Virus record (IMG/VR): IMGVR_UViG_3300024268_000010
Reading direction: 5' to 3' (one strand)
Source: a virus
Lineage: Duplodnaviria; Heunggongvirae; Uroviricota; Caudoviricetes
Length of the DNA stretch: 34,849 nt
In this document: in pieces, positions 1 through 8,600 of the stretch
Numbering within the stretch: position 1 is the first letter of the stretch
Layout of the letters: each line of letters starts with the position of its first letter
Made by a program: the position numbers and the translations under genes
The notes under the pieces: generated by a model
The model's database searches: none
What the model was told of the DNA's origin: nothing
The model's input: only the letters and a program-made list of their open reading frames with translations

Positions 1-321
1 GCTATTGCGGAGGGTTCTAACACAGTAGCTAAAGGTATTGCGTCGCACGCTAAAGGTGAGGGAACTATTGCTGCTGGTAAAAATCAGACCGCAATGGGTA
101 AGTATAATGTAGAAGATATCACTAGCCTTTTAATAGTTGGCAAAGGAACGAGCGACACTGATCGTAAAAATGCGTTCCTTGTTGATGGAAACGGAAACGG
201 TTGGTTTTCCGGCAATATTCTGGTTGGCGGAACTGGATTTTCAGACGGAAAGAAAATATACACTCAAGAAGAGGTTGACGCGTTAATTGATGACACGGAA
301 GTTTCTTGGGGAACATTTTAA
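1..321 (+). CDS. 3' end of a tail fibre with YadA/Hep_Hag-like head repeats (5'-partial)
   Basis: Frame 1 is open from base 1: AIAEGSNTVAKGIASHAKGEGTIAAGKNQTAMGKYN...IVGKGTSDTDRKNAFLVDGNGNGWFSG, TAA at 319-321. SHAxGxxTxAxG repeats followed by a GxGxS..R.NA..V..G motif are typical of trimeric fibre and adhesin heads. The track's ATG at 94 is internal. Confidence 0.75.
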   Translation, partial: AIAEGSNTVAKGIASHAKGEGTIAAGKNQTAMGKYNVEDITSLLIVGKGTSDTDRKNAFLVDGNGNGWFSGNILVGGTGFSDGKKIYTQEEVDALIDDTEVSWGTF

Positions 322-328
322 TATTAAA

Positions 329-351
329 CACAATAAATATTGTGCTAAATT
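329..351 (+). promoter_or_regulatory. Intergenic palindrome CACAATA-aa-TATTGTG overlapping a possible extended -10 (TGTG-c-TAAATT)
   Basis: Perfect 7-bp inverted repeat with a 2-nt spacer at 329-344 in the 57-nt gap before the gene at 379. A TRTG-n-TAAATT element lies at 341-351. No convincing -35. Confidence 0.3.
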
Positions 352-378
352 TCTTACTCAGAGAGGAGATAAAATAAT

Positions 379-2550
379 ATGGCACTTTTTAAACCGTTTC
401 GTGGAGCACGCGCAGACTTGCCTGCAGAAAAGCATGATGGTTATGCTTATTTTTGCACGGATGACGGCACTTTCCACATAGACTATATAGATGAAAATGG
501 TGTTTTACAAAGAAAACAAGTGTGTGCTAATAGCACGCCTGGTGGTGGGATAAGTATTGATGAAGTAAACAACCTCATTGATGTACATAATGTTGACACA
601 GAAGCCCACAATGACATTCGAACATCTATGGACAATGTAAATGTACGTTTAGATGTTCATGATGATATTATTGATAATTCAATAATGATTGATAAGAGTT
701 TTGGTAATGGTCCAGACACCGTAGCAGAGGGCGACCATACCCATGGAAATCTTGAGCTACAGATGCAGTCAATTGAAGACATTATTAATATTGATTATAA
801 CGACAAATCCGAGGCAGTTGAATTCTTTACTGATATAACCCCTTCTTACACTTTGTGGGAAGCAAGCGACCCATCCTTGGTTACCGATGTTGAAATTAGT
901 GATGGTAAGTATGTATGTACCTCAAACACTGTTGAAGAAGGTATTAAAACTGGTTCAATGTATGACATGGTTGACCTTGTAAAAGGTAAGACTATTGTTG
1001 CTGTGGCAAACATAAGCTCAGAAAATTATACCTTATATGTTAAGATGTATAATGGTACAGCATGGTCATTTGGTAGGGTAAAAAAGAACAACAAAGTAGT
1101 TTCTATAGATGTACCGGAAAACCTTGTAAATTTTAAATTAGGATTAGAGTGTAACGGTACTGGAGAGACACCAGAAACTTGTGAAATGACTAACTTTGCA
1201 TTGTATATCGTTAACGATGTTTCGATAACAAGTACTGCGCATATTCCTAATCGTAATTATACTATTTGGTCATGGGGCGATGAAGGCATAAAAGACCCAG
1301 AAGGTTTTGCTGCTTTTTGCAAGTCTTACAGAATTAATCGTGTATATCAGAGCATGTATGATGACTGGGTAACATATTCTATTAAAACTTTTGTAGGTAC
1401 AATGCAAAAAAATAAGATACTTGTTAACTGGCTAGCAGGTGAGGCAAACTGGATATTGACTGAAAATCAAAGTCATATAACAGAAGAAATACAAAAAGTT
1501 GTTAATTACAATATGTCAGTTCAAAATGACTATGAAAAAATCGGTACAATACAGTTTGATATTGAACCATACACAATAGATTTGTGGGATACTGATAGAG
1601 ACATGGCGATTAAGCTGTATCAAGATGCAATCGTACTTACGTATGAAGCGTGTATTGCCAACCGATTAAGCTTTAATGCTTGTATACCAACGTGGTTTGA
1701 GAAACAGTCATATGATAATGAATACGGTCAGGGTAATTTATTTGATTTCGTATCTAAACACAGCAGTTCGACTGTGCTTATGTCTTATAGCACTACTGAT
1801 TATGTAAGTATGTCTGAAGATGAAATTCGTATAGGTGCTGAGAACGGCAAAAATGTAGCAGTCGGCTTAGAAACTCAAGCAGTCAGTGACCGTGTAACAG
1901 AAGATATTACATTTGTTAATCATCCAATAGAAGATTTGTATCGTGCATTTGAGGAGTTATATTTAGTATATAAGATGTACGGTGTTACTAAAGGCATTGA
2001 GTTTGTTATTCATTACTATACTTCTTTTAAGGAATATGTTGAAAAGTTTAATCTAGCCACAGAATCTTATGATATTCTAGATAAATTAACAACAACAGAT
2101 AAGACAGACTTAATTTCCGCTATTAACGAAATTAATACTGAGGTTGAATCGCTAAAAACACCTTCGCCAATGGTAGGCGCAACCGAAGCTACCGACGGTA
2201 CAACGGGCACAGTGCCAGCTCCCACATCCGCCGACAGTTCGAAATTTTTACGTGGGGACGGCACATGGGCAGACGCAGGTTCAAACTACCCAATTAAAAA
2301 TGGCGTTACTAATATTTTGCCAGATACTTATTACACTTTCGGGGAAGTTGACTCTTTAACAGTAAACCTTGTTAATACAGGTGATTCTAGCAAAATATGT
2401 GAATATTGTTTTGAATTTACTCCTTCTAGCAATTTCACAGGACTTACAATAACTCCAGAACCCAGATGGGCACACGAGATTCGCTTTATTCCTGGCATGA
2501 CGTGCCAAGTTTCTGTCCTTCGTGGGATTGGAGTGATGATCTGTGCTTAA
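379..2550 (+). CDS. Modular tail fibre/appendage protein with CBM-like domain and putative glycoside-hydrolase (beta/alpha)8 domain, 723 aa
   Basis: RBS GAGAGGAG. Mtd_N/hyaluronidase-like leader (MALFKPFRG..LP..KHDGYAYFCTD), fibre motifs (HNVDTEAHNDIR, DHTH, LTTTDKTDLISAINE, KFLRGDGTWA), a beta-rich segment at about aa 160-285, and a barrel-like segment at about 1255-2030 containing IQFDIEPY. Confidence 0.75.
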   Translation: MALFKPFRGARADLPAEKHDGYAYFCTDDGTFHIDYIDENGVLQRKQVCANSTPGGGISIDEVNNLIDVHNVDTEAHNDIRTSMDNVNVRLDVHDDIIDNSIMIDKSFGNGPDTVAEGDHTHGNLELQMQSIEDIINIDYNDKSEAVEFFTDITPSYTLWEASDPSLVTDVEISDGKYVCTSNTVEEGIKTGSMYDMVDLVKGKTIVAVANISSENYTLYVKMYNGTAWSFGRVKKNNKVVSIDVPENLVNFKLGLECNGTGETPETCEMTNFALYIVNDVSITSTAHIPNRNYTIWSWGDEGIKDPEGFAAFCKSYRINRVYQSMYDDWVTYSIKTFVGTMQKNKILVNWLAGEANWILTENQSHITEEIQKVVNYNMSVQNDYEKIGTIQFDIEPYTIDLWDTDRDMAIKLYQDAIVLTYEACIANRLSFNACIPTWFEKQSYDNEYGQGNLFDFVSKHSSSTVLMSYSTTDYVSMSEDEIRIGAENGKNVAVGLETQAVSDRVTEDITFVNHPIEDLYRAFEELYLVYKMYGVTKGIEFVIHYYTSFKEYVEKFNLATESYDILDKLTTTDKTDLISAINEINTEVESLKTPSPMVGATEATDGTTGTVPAPTSADSSKFLRGDGTWADAGSNYPIKNGVTNILPDTYYTFGEVDSLTVNLVNTGDSSKICEYCFEFTPSSNFTGLTITPEPRWAHEIRFIPGMTCQVSVLRGIGVMICA

Positions 2551-3199
2551 TCGAAGAAGGTTAATTATAGAATTAATGAATAGTAAATTTCGTTTCGTAA
2601 AACTCAATAAAGATATGTTTTTTAGACGAAAATCTACTATTAATACTGCAGATTCTGATGAACTGTCTGCAAAAAAAGTTATTGAAATGCCACTTGAGTC
2701 ATCTGCTGTTTCTATACAAGCGTCAACAGCAGAAAGTAATCGTATGATTGGCGTAAGCACAGACGCAGATTTTAATACAGCAGGTTCTACAGAAGCAAGC
2801 ACAGCAAGAACTCTCGGTATGTCTCATCGTTTTGGACTAATCTCATATATCATTGGTCAATTAAAAATGAATAGGAATATGTCTACGATGTCAAGTGCGG
2901 ATGTTACAGATAAAAAGGCCAGTGATATTGCTGTTGATAGTGTTTCGAACAATATCCTTAAAGCTAGTATGGTGGGAGCGAAAAGTCCCAGATTTAATAT
3001 TCGTGATACGAGTACAAACGAGATTAATGCGCCAATGCTGTCTGCCAGAGCTGCTCATGCAAGCACTTCTAAAAATGAGAAGACTGAATTGCTGGCGATT
3101 TTATGTTGCTGGGATTATCCAACACTTGCCGATGGAGTGTTATGTATATCTCAGGCAAATACAATAAATTATGAAAATGAAATTTTGGAGGTGATTTAA
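2543..3199 (+). CDS. Ser/Ala-rich tail-associated protein with about 22-aa periodicity, 218 aa
   Basis: GTG start overlaps the upstream stop, RBS GGAG at 2530-2533, TAATG overlap with the next gene. C-terminus WDYPTLADGVLCISQA...LEVI matches that of 10696..11871. Confidence 0.7.
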   Translation: MLNRRRLIIELMNSKFRFVKLNKDMFFRRKSTINTADSDELSAKKVIEMPLESSAVSIQASTAESNRMIGVSTDADFNTAGSTEASTARTLGMSHRFGLISYIIGQLKMNRNMSTMSSADVTDKKASDIAVDSVSNNILKASMVGAKSPRFNIRDTSTNEINAPMLSARAAHASTSKNEKTELLAILCCWDYPTLADGVLCISQANTINYENEILEVI

Positions 3200-6100
3200 T
3201 GGCAAGAGAAGTAATTTTTGAAAAACAAGAGTTAATATTTACACCAGACGATGGATTTGGCGGATTGTGTTTCGCTGACCTTGGTTCATTTGAGTTGGTC
3301 GAGGGCGGAAAATATGATGTTTATTTTGGTGACACGAAATACACTTGTACAGCCGAACCGATGACTTTTGGCCAACTCTCTGGAATCGGGCTTGGAAACA
3401 AATCCATTATCGGAATTGGAGAAGATACGGAAGAGCCATTTATCCTTGGTGTTGTTGGGTCTTATGCGAGTTGTTTGACAGTCGAGACTGTTGAAACCAC
3501 ACACGAGATCGGCGTATATACCTATGAGGCATCTCAAGATGTCGTTCTTAAAAACTATCATGGTAAACCAGTAGCATATGAAGGCGTAAATTATGTTGCT
3601 CTTAAAACAACAAGCGGTGATATGGCAAAGTTTATTAATGAACATTTAGTGCAAAATCAAATTCAATCTGACTGGGCTCAAACAGATGAAACCGCTGTGG
3701 ATTTTATTAAAAATAAACCAGAGGCAGAATTACCCAAAGTAACTGCCGATGATAATGGTAAAGTGCTTGGCGTTGTTGATGGTATTTGGTCTAAAATTGA
3801 TGCTCCAAGTGGTGGCGGTGGAAACTGTTCTTGCCCAACAAGCACAATTGAAAAAGAAATAAAAATAGATTGGGAATTTACTCAAGAAACTGTTGATAAT
3901 GGTATTGAAGTTATTCCAGAGGAATCTGTAAATTTATATAAACTTATTGACGCTACTCCCACGAAAGAACAAATACTCTCTGGAGCGTTTTTTGGACATG
4001 TATTGGGCGAATCTATGGTTTTTAATCTTAATGTATTGCATGAAGAAGAAGAGTATCTTATACTTAGAGACGCAAATTTTTATTATCCATTTTTTGTGTT
4101 TTATAAACCAGGAGAATATATAATATATTTTAACGATATGGAAGTACCAGTAACCGTCTCTTCGGTAGGAACATTTGTAATGGCTCCAGCCGACCTTTCT
4201 CCTATGCTTATAGGTGCATATGGTCATTTTAGTTACACCATCGTTGAAGAAGTAAACTTTGTTCAATCAGATTGGAATCAAAGTGACTTTACGAAGCCAG
4301 ATTATGTTAAAAATAGACCTTTCTTTGTAGAGAAAACAGAAGGAAAAGAATTACTTCCTGTAGAAGAAACTACATTTAATTATCAAATTGACGGTTATGT
4401 TTTTGGTGACTGGGGAGCAGATTCTACGCAAAATTTTGCGCCAAGCGACATAAATCCAGATATTTATGTTCTTGACCACGAGCGTTCACCAGATACTTTA
4501 AAAGAGAATACTATATGGAGAGTAAGATTTAACAATTATGATAGTGTTTTTGATTGTCGTACTTTTACTGTAACAACATCTGATAATGAAAGTTATGTAG
4601 CAATAGGAAACATTGCTTATTGTTTAGATACAGTGACTAATAGTTGCCCTGAAAATGCTGAAATGCCATTTTTTATTAGAAATACTTCTACTGGTTTAAA
4701 GATTACAACTGGCTTGCAACAAGATACTATTATAATTTATATGGCTGAAAGAGAAGAGAATCCGTCTTTAGATATTTCTTTACCAAAGGAAATTTTAGAA
4801 TCATTGGTTAACAATAAAATTCAAGTAACAATGGGGAACGACATATTTGAATCTACAGTATATAAATTTATTGGCGAATCTGCAATAATGTATTATGCTG
4901 GAAATATTTCGGTATTGCCTCAATATATGTTAGAAATATTCAAATCATGGTTTGGACTATCAACTCTATCGAGCGATGATACTAAACCTTATTTTATAGG
5001 AAATGCTGTAATAATATCCAATGGTAATTCAATAAGCTACTGTTATTGTAAAACAGATGACCCAAGTCCTGAACCTAAAATAACTTTCGGCATCTCAAAA
5101 GAAGGAGAAGATATAATTCATAAAATTCCTCAAAAGTTTGTAGAAACTGACTGGAATCAAAATGATGAAAATGATGCTGGCTACATTAAAAACAGACCAT
5201 TTTATGTTGATAATGGAAAAATAACAGAGCATGAGATTTTACCTTTTACCAATATAATTTTTAACCAAGAAGATGGAATGGCCTTAGTGCAGGTTCCTTT
5301 AGAACCGGCTTTATTTAAGGAATATTGGAAAGAAGCGACTGTAACTTGGGATGGAAAAGAGTATATTTTAAATACTATTGCAACAGATGGAACAATAGAT
5401 AGACAAGCTAAGGCTTTTGGTAATTTCGGACAATTGGCTGGCACAGGCGATAGTGGAGAACCTTTTGTTATTATGGCTATGTTAGATGGCGAAGAGCAAG
5501 GGTTTATGATGATCGACTTAAACGCAGTTGGTTCGGAAACTGCACCACAACATGAAGTGTCTATTAAAATTAAAACGGCTGAAGTAAATGAAATTTTACC
5601 ATTTACAACTATTCCGTTTAATTATTATGAAGATATGTCTGTCTATGGGTTTCAAGATGTTGCACCAGCTACACTTGTTGATTTTTGGAATAGTGATTGG
5701 GATAATGTGATTTTGTTTTGGAATGGAATGCCATATAAATGCGAACGAAAAACGCTCGAAGGAATACCTTGTATTGGTAATGCAGATAAAATGATGGGTA
5801 CTGGAGATACAGGTGAACCTTTTGTGGCAGCTTGTTTTAATGGTGCTGTTATCATATACGATCTTGAAACCACATACGAAGAAGACATTTCTACTATTAA
5901 TGAAACAATATCTTTAGTACAAGAAAAGCAAGAAATTGTAAAACTTGATAATAAATTTATTGGTGATATTGATTATGAAAAGAAAATTGTCAATAAACCT
6001 TTTGAAACAATTGTTGCTGGTACTGTGATAGCGAATGAGACAATTACAGTGACAGATGGACGTGGATCTATGGCAACAATTGATTATAATAAAATTATCG

Positions 6101-6453
6101 AAGGAGTTCGATATAGTGTTATTATAAGCGATGTTGTTTATCAAGGTGTTGGTGAAATTATGGGTCCTTATATTGTATTATCCATAAGAAATGAGAACAA
6201 TGAACAAATTGCATTTATCGTTGATATACTTGGCGGTTTGTCTGATAGTGCTGGGAGATTCTCAGATGGTGAATACACTATCAAAATTTCTTTTGCTGAA
6301 GACTATATAAAGAAACTCGACCCTATTTATCTTCCTGATGAAATGAAACTTCCTACAATTACACCTGATACAGACGAAGGAAAATTCTTGCGAGTAGTTG
6401 GCGGTGTTGCTACATGGTCAACAATTCCTAATGCAGAGGAGGCTGAGTTTTAA
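3199..6453 (+). CDS. Multi-module tail fibre protein, 1,084 aa
   Basis: RBS GGAGGTGA, TAATG coupling at both ends. Three (Q/E)(S/T)DWxQxD...(D/G)(F/Y)(I/V)KN(K/R)P linkers, LPxVT..D.GKxLxVVxGxW motifs, and several copies of a 100-120-aa beta domain ending GN......GTGD(S/T)GEPF. Confidence 0.8.
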   Translation: MAREVIFEKQELIFTPDDGFGGLCFADLGSFELVEGGKYDVYFGDTKYTCTAEPMTFGQLSGIGLGNKSIIGIGEDTEEPFILGVVGSYASCLTVETVETTHEIGVYTYEASQDVVLKNYHGKPVAYEGVNYVALKTTSGDMAKFINEHLVQNQIQSDWAQTDETAVDFIKNKPEAELPKVTADDNGKVLGVVDGIWSKIDAPSGGGGNCSCPTSTIEKEIKIDWEFTQETVDNGIEVIPEESVNLYKLIDATPTKEQILSGAFFGHVLGESMVFNLNVLHEEEEYLILRDANFYYPFFVFYKPGEYIIYFNDMEVPVTVSSVGTFVMAPADLSPMLIGAYGHFSYTIVEEVNFVQSDWNQSDFTKPDYVKNRPFFVEKTEGKELLPVEETTFNYQIDGYVFGDWGADSTQNFAPSDINPDIYVLDHERSPDTLKENTIWRVRFNNYDSVFDCRTFTVTTSDNESYVAIGNIAYCLDTVTNSCPENAEMPFFIRNTSTGLKITTGLQQDTIIIYMAEREENPSLDISLPKEILESLVNNKIQVTMGNDIFESTVYKFIGESAIMYYAGNISVLPQYMLEIFKSWFGLSTLSSDDTKPYFIGNAVIISNGNSISYCYCKTDDPSPEPKITFGISKEGEDIIHKIPQKFVETDWNQNDENDAGYIKNRPFYVDNGKITEHEILPFTNIIFNQEDGMALVQVPLEPALFKEYWKEATVTWDGKEYILNTIATDGTIDRQAKAFGNFGQLAGTGDSGEPFVIMAMLDGEEQGFMMIDLNAVGSETAPQHEVSIKIKTAEVNEILPFTTIPFNYYEDMSVYGFQDVAPATLVDFWNSDWDNVILFWNGMPYKCERKTLEGIPCIGNADKMMGTGDTGEPFVAACFNGAVIIYDLETTYEEDISTINETISLVQEKQEIVKLDNKFIGDIDYEKKIVNKPFETIVAGTVIANETITVTDGRGSMATIDYNKIIEGVRYSVIISDVVYQGVGEIMGPYIVLSIRNENNEQIAFIVDILGGLSDSAGRFSDGEYTIKISFAEDYIKKLDPIYLPDEMKLPTITPDTDEGKFLRVVGGVATWSTIPNAEEAEF

Positions 6454-7640
6454 TGGCTGAATATTTAATTCAAAAGACAACTTTAACCTCTATTGCCGAT
6501 GCCATTAGAGAAAAAACTGGAACGACAGGCGCGATTAAACCAACTGATATGGCTAGTAAGATTGGAGAGATTTCTGTTGGAGGCGGAGAGAGTGATGGTT
6601 CAGTAAAAAGTAAAGCAATCAATTTCTACGACCCTATGGGCAATATTATATATTCCTATACAAGAGCAGAAGCCGCTGCTTTGACTGAATTACCCCCTGG
6701 CCCACAGCTTGAGGGGTTTGAGTTTTCTGGGTGGACGCACACATTATCCAACTTACAGTCCGAAAAATTTTTTGCTGACGTCGGACCACTATATACACTC
6801 AATGGGAAAAACGTAGGTATTCTTATAGTGGATGTTCCCGCACACAATTTGACGGTAACCGTAAACGCTAAATGTAGTACCAATAATACCGGAGCTATAG
6901 ATTGGATGGACGGTAGTGCGGTATCGACAATACCTAGTACGTCCACCTCAGGTATCTATAGTACAGCGAATAGCCATACTTATGCATCCGCGGGGATCAA
7001 GTACATAGCTGTTTACGCGACCAGCGGGCGCTATGTTTCGTTAGGTGGTGCACTTATAGGCGGTTCCGCTAGGTCGCCTATAGGAAGCTCAGATCAAAGT
7101 AAGGATAAAATTGTACCAGAATACACATTATTATCAATTATATGTGCACCAGATATAGAACTTGAACGTGCCATAGGTCACGAGAGACTTAGATTTATAG
7201 CTTCGCCAAATCACAACTGGAACTCACCATCCGGTATTACCACGTATATACACCAAGCCCCTTGTTTAGAGACAATAGCTATACCCGGAGTATATTGCAC
7301 AAGTAGGTACTTAGAACTTATTCATGCTCCTAAACTTCGACGTATTAAGACGTATCTCAGCTATTCGTCCGGATATAGCGTGGATGAAGCTTTGTTATAT
7401 ATGGGATCGGTTACCGACGTATATCTAGATTCGAACTCGAATATCCCGTCAGTTATGAACGTTAAACGAAGAGTTATTGTTAACGCTACAACCCCGAAGA
7501 ATAAAGTTACAACCACAATCCAATGGGGCTCTGGCGATATTTACGTACCAGACGATGCTGTTGAAACTTACAAAGCCAACGCCCTGTTTGCTACTGTAGC
7601 CGACTGCATTAAACCTATAAGCGAATACCCTGATTATTAA
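6453..7640 (+). CDS. Tail-associated protein with PKD-like segment and degenerate BspA-type leucine-rich repeats (putative receptor-binding), 395 aa
   Basis: Fibre N-terminus MAEYLIQ..TL.SIADAIREKTG; INFYD..G..IYSYT..EA.ALTELP; IDWxDGS...HTYASAG (PKD-like); LRR remnants QAPCLETIAIP and HAPKLRRIKTY; BspA-type C-cap IYVPDDAVETYK...IKPISE. Confidence 0.7.
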   Translation: MAEYLIQKTTLTSIADAIREKTGTTGAIKPTDMASKIGEISVGGGESDGSVKSKAINFYDPMGNIIYSYTRAEAAALTELPPGPQLEGFEFSGWTHTLSNLQSEKFFADVGPLYTLNGKNVGILIVDVPAHNLTVTVNAKCSTNNTGAIDWMDGSAVSTIPSTSTSGIYSTANSHTYASAGIKYIAVYATSGRYVSLGGALIGGSARSPIGSSDQSKDKIVPEYTLLSIICAPDIELERAIGHERLRFIASPNHNWNSPSGITTYIHQAPCLETIAIPGVYCTSRYLELIHAPKLRRIKTYLSYSSGYSVDEALLYMGSVTDVYLDSNSNIPSVMNVKRRVIVNATTPKNKVTTTIQWGSGDIYVPDDAVETYKANALFATVADCIKPISEYPDY

Positions 7641-7646
7641 ATTTAT

Positions 7647-8132
7647 ATGATTAACAAAGTTTTATATTGTGTATGTATATATCTTATCGCAATGTTTTTA
7701 GTTTCTTTTTTGTCTAATATTTTTGAGCCTGCCATTTCCAAGGATAAAAATGTAATAAGTCATTTTTTAAGAACTAGTGATTCAACGACAGAGCAAGAAA
7801 ATATACAACAGAAGAAAATAACAGAGCAACACGATGAGGATGATTTATCTAATAATAAAATTAAAACAACAAAAGGCAATCCATTTTTTATAGATGTGAA
7901 TATTATTTATCCGTCAAATATTATAGAAAATAGAAAACCTAATATACAAACATGCTTTATAGCAGACATACCTTGCTTTGATGTTTTATACGAATTAGAA
8001 AAACGGACAAGCAAGGTTATTTATAAAAGAAAATTTTGTTTATGCTTTATGAAGCAACAAATTAAACGTTTAAAAGCCAAGAAAATGGCAATAAGGAGGA
8101 TTCATTATGCCTTTGACTACAGTTTATGCTAA
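7647..8132 (+). CDS. Hypothetical protein with N-terminal hydrophobic helix, 161 aa (uncertain gene)
   Basis: The only long ORF filling an AT-rich gap. About 22 hydrophobic N-terminal residues precede a charged stretch. No clear RBS, and it overlaps the next gene by 26 nt. Confidence 0.4.
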   Translation: MINKVLYCVCIYLIAMFLVSFLSNIFEPAISKDKNVISHFLRTSDSTTEQENIQQKKITEQHDEDDLSNNKIKTTKGNPFFIDVNIIYPSNIIENRKPNIQTCFIADIPCFDVLYELEKRTSKVIYKRKFCLCFMKQQIKRLKAKKMAIRRIHYAFDYSLC

Positions 8133-8538
8133 CAAAGTATTAAATTATATTTTTGGTAAAGAAGGACTTACAAAACCTACGGCGGTTTATATTGCTCTTT
8201 CTACCAATGATCCAGAAGCAGACGGTGGTGTTTTTGAAGAACTCACCGGCAATACATATGAAAGAGTGTTGCTTATGAACAATAGTGGTGACACGAATCT
8301 TATGGGTATCGCTTCTGAAAGAACGATCACTAACGCAAAACAGATTAACTGGACAAAAGCAACTGGCGCATGGCCAACAGCGAACGGCTTTGGCATTTAT
8401 ACTGCAAAAACTGGTGGAGAATTGATTTACTATGGTAAACTTGATTCTCCTGTTACAGTATCCGCTGAAGCAGTTGCGTTGTTTGACCCAGGCACACTTA
8501 GAATTAGTTTCGCAGCAGTCGATACAGCAGTAGTTTAA
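8107..8538 (+). CDS. Small tail-fibre base/adaptor-like structural protein, 143 aa (paralog of 11894..12427)
   Basis: RBS AAGGAGGA. Motifs AN.VLNYIFG, YIALST.DP..DG..F.E, Y.R, ITN.KQI.W..ATGAWPT..GFGIY.A.TGG.LIYYG.L..PVTV match a widespread small phage tail protein family. Confidence 0.75.
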   Translation: MPLTTVYANKVLNYIFGKEGLTKPTAVYIALSTNDPEADGGVFEELTGNTYERVLLMNNSGDTNLMGIASERTITNAKQINWTKATGAWPTANGFGIYTAKTGGELIYYGKLDSPVTVSAEAVALFDPGTLRISFAAVDTAVV

Positions 8539-8549
8539 TAAGTATCATT

Positions 8550-8584
8550 GAGGGACTGTCGAAAATGGCAGTCCCTTATTTTTT
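8550..8584 (+). terminator. Rho-independent terminator-like hairpin
   Basis: AGGGACTGTC-gaaaat-GGCAGTCCCT (10-bp stem, one G-U) followed by TATTTTTT, 12 nt after the stop of 8107..8538. Confidence 0.7.
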
Positions 8585-8600
8585 AGGGAGGTGAAGGTCG

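Noticed and set aside
6453-8106. Complete diversity-generating retroelement around the LRR gene
   Set aside because: No reverse transcriptase, no adenine-specific template/variable repeat pair and no GC hairpin after the stop were seen in this window. Only the compositional anomaly is reported.
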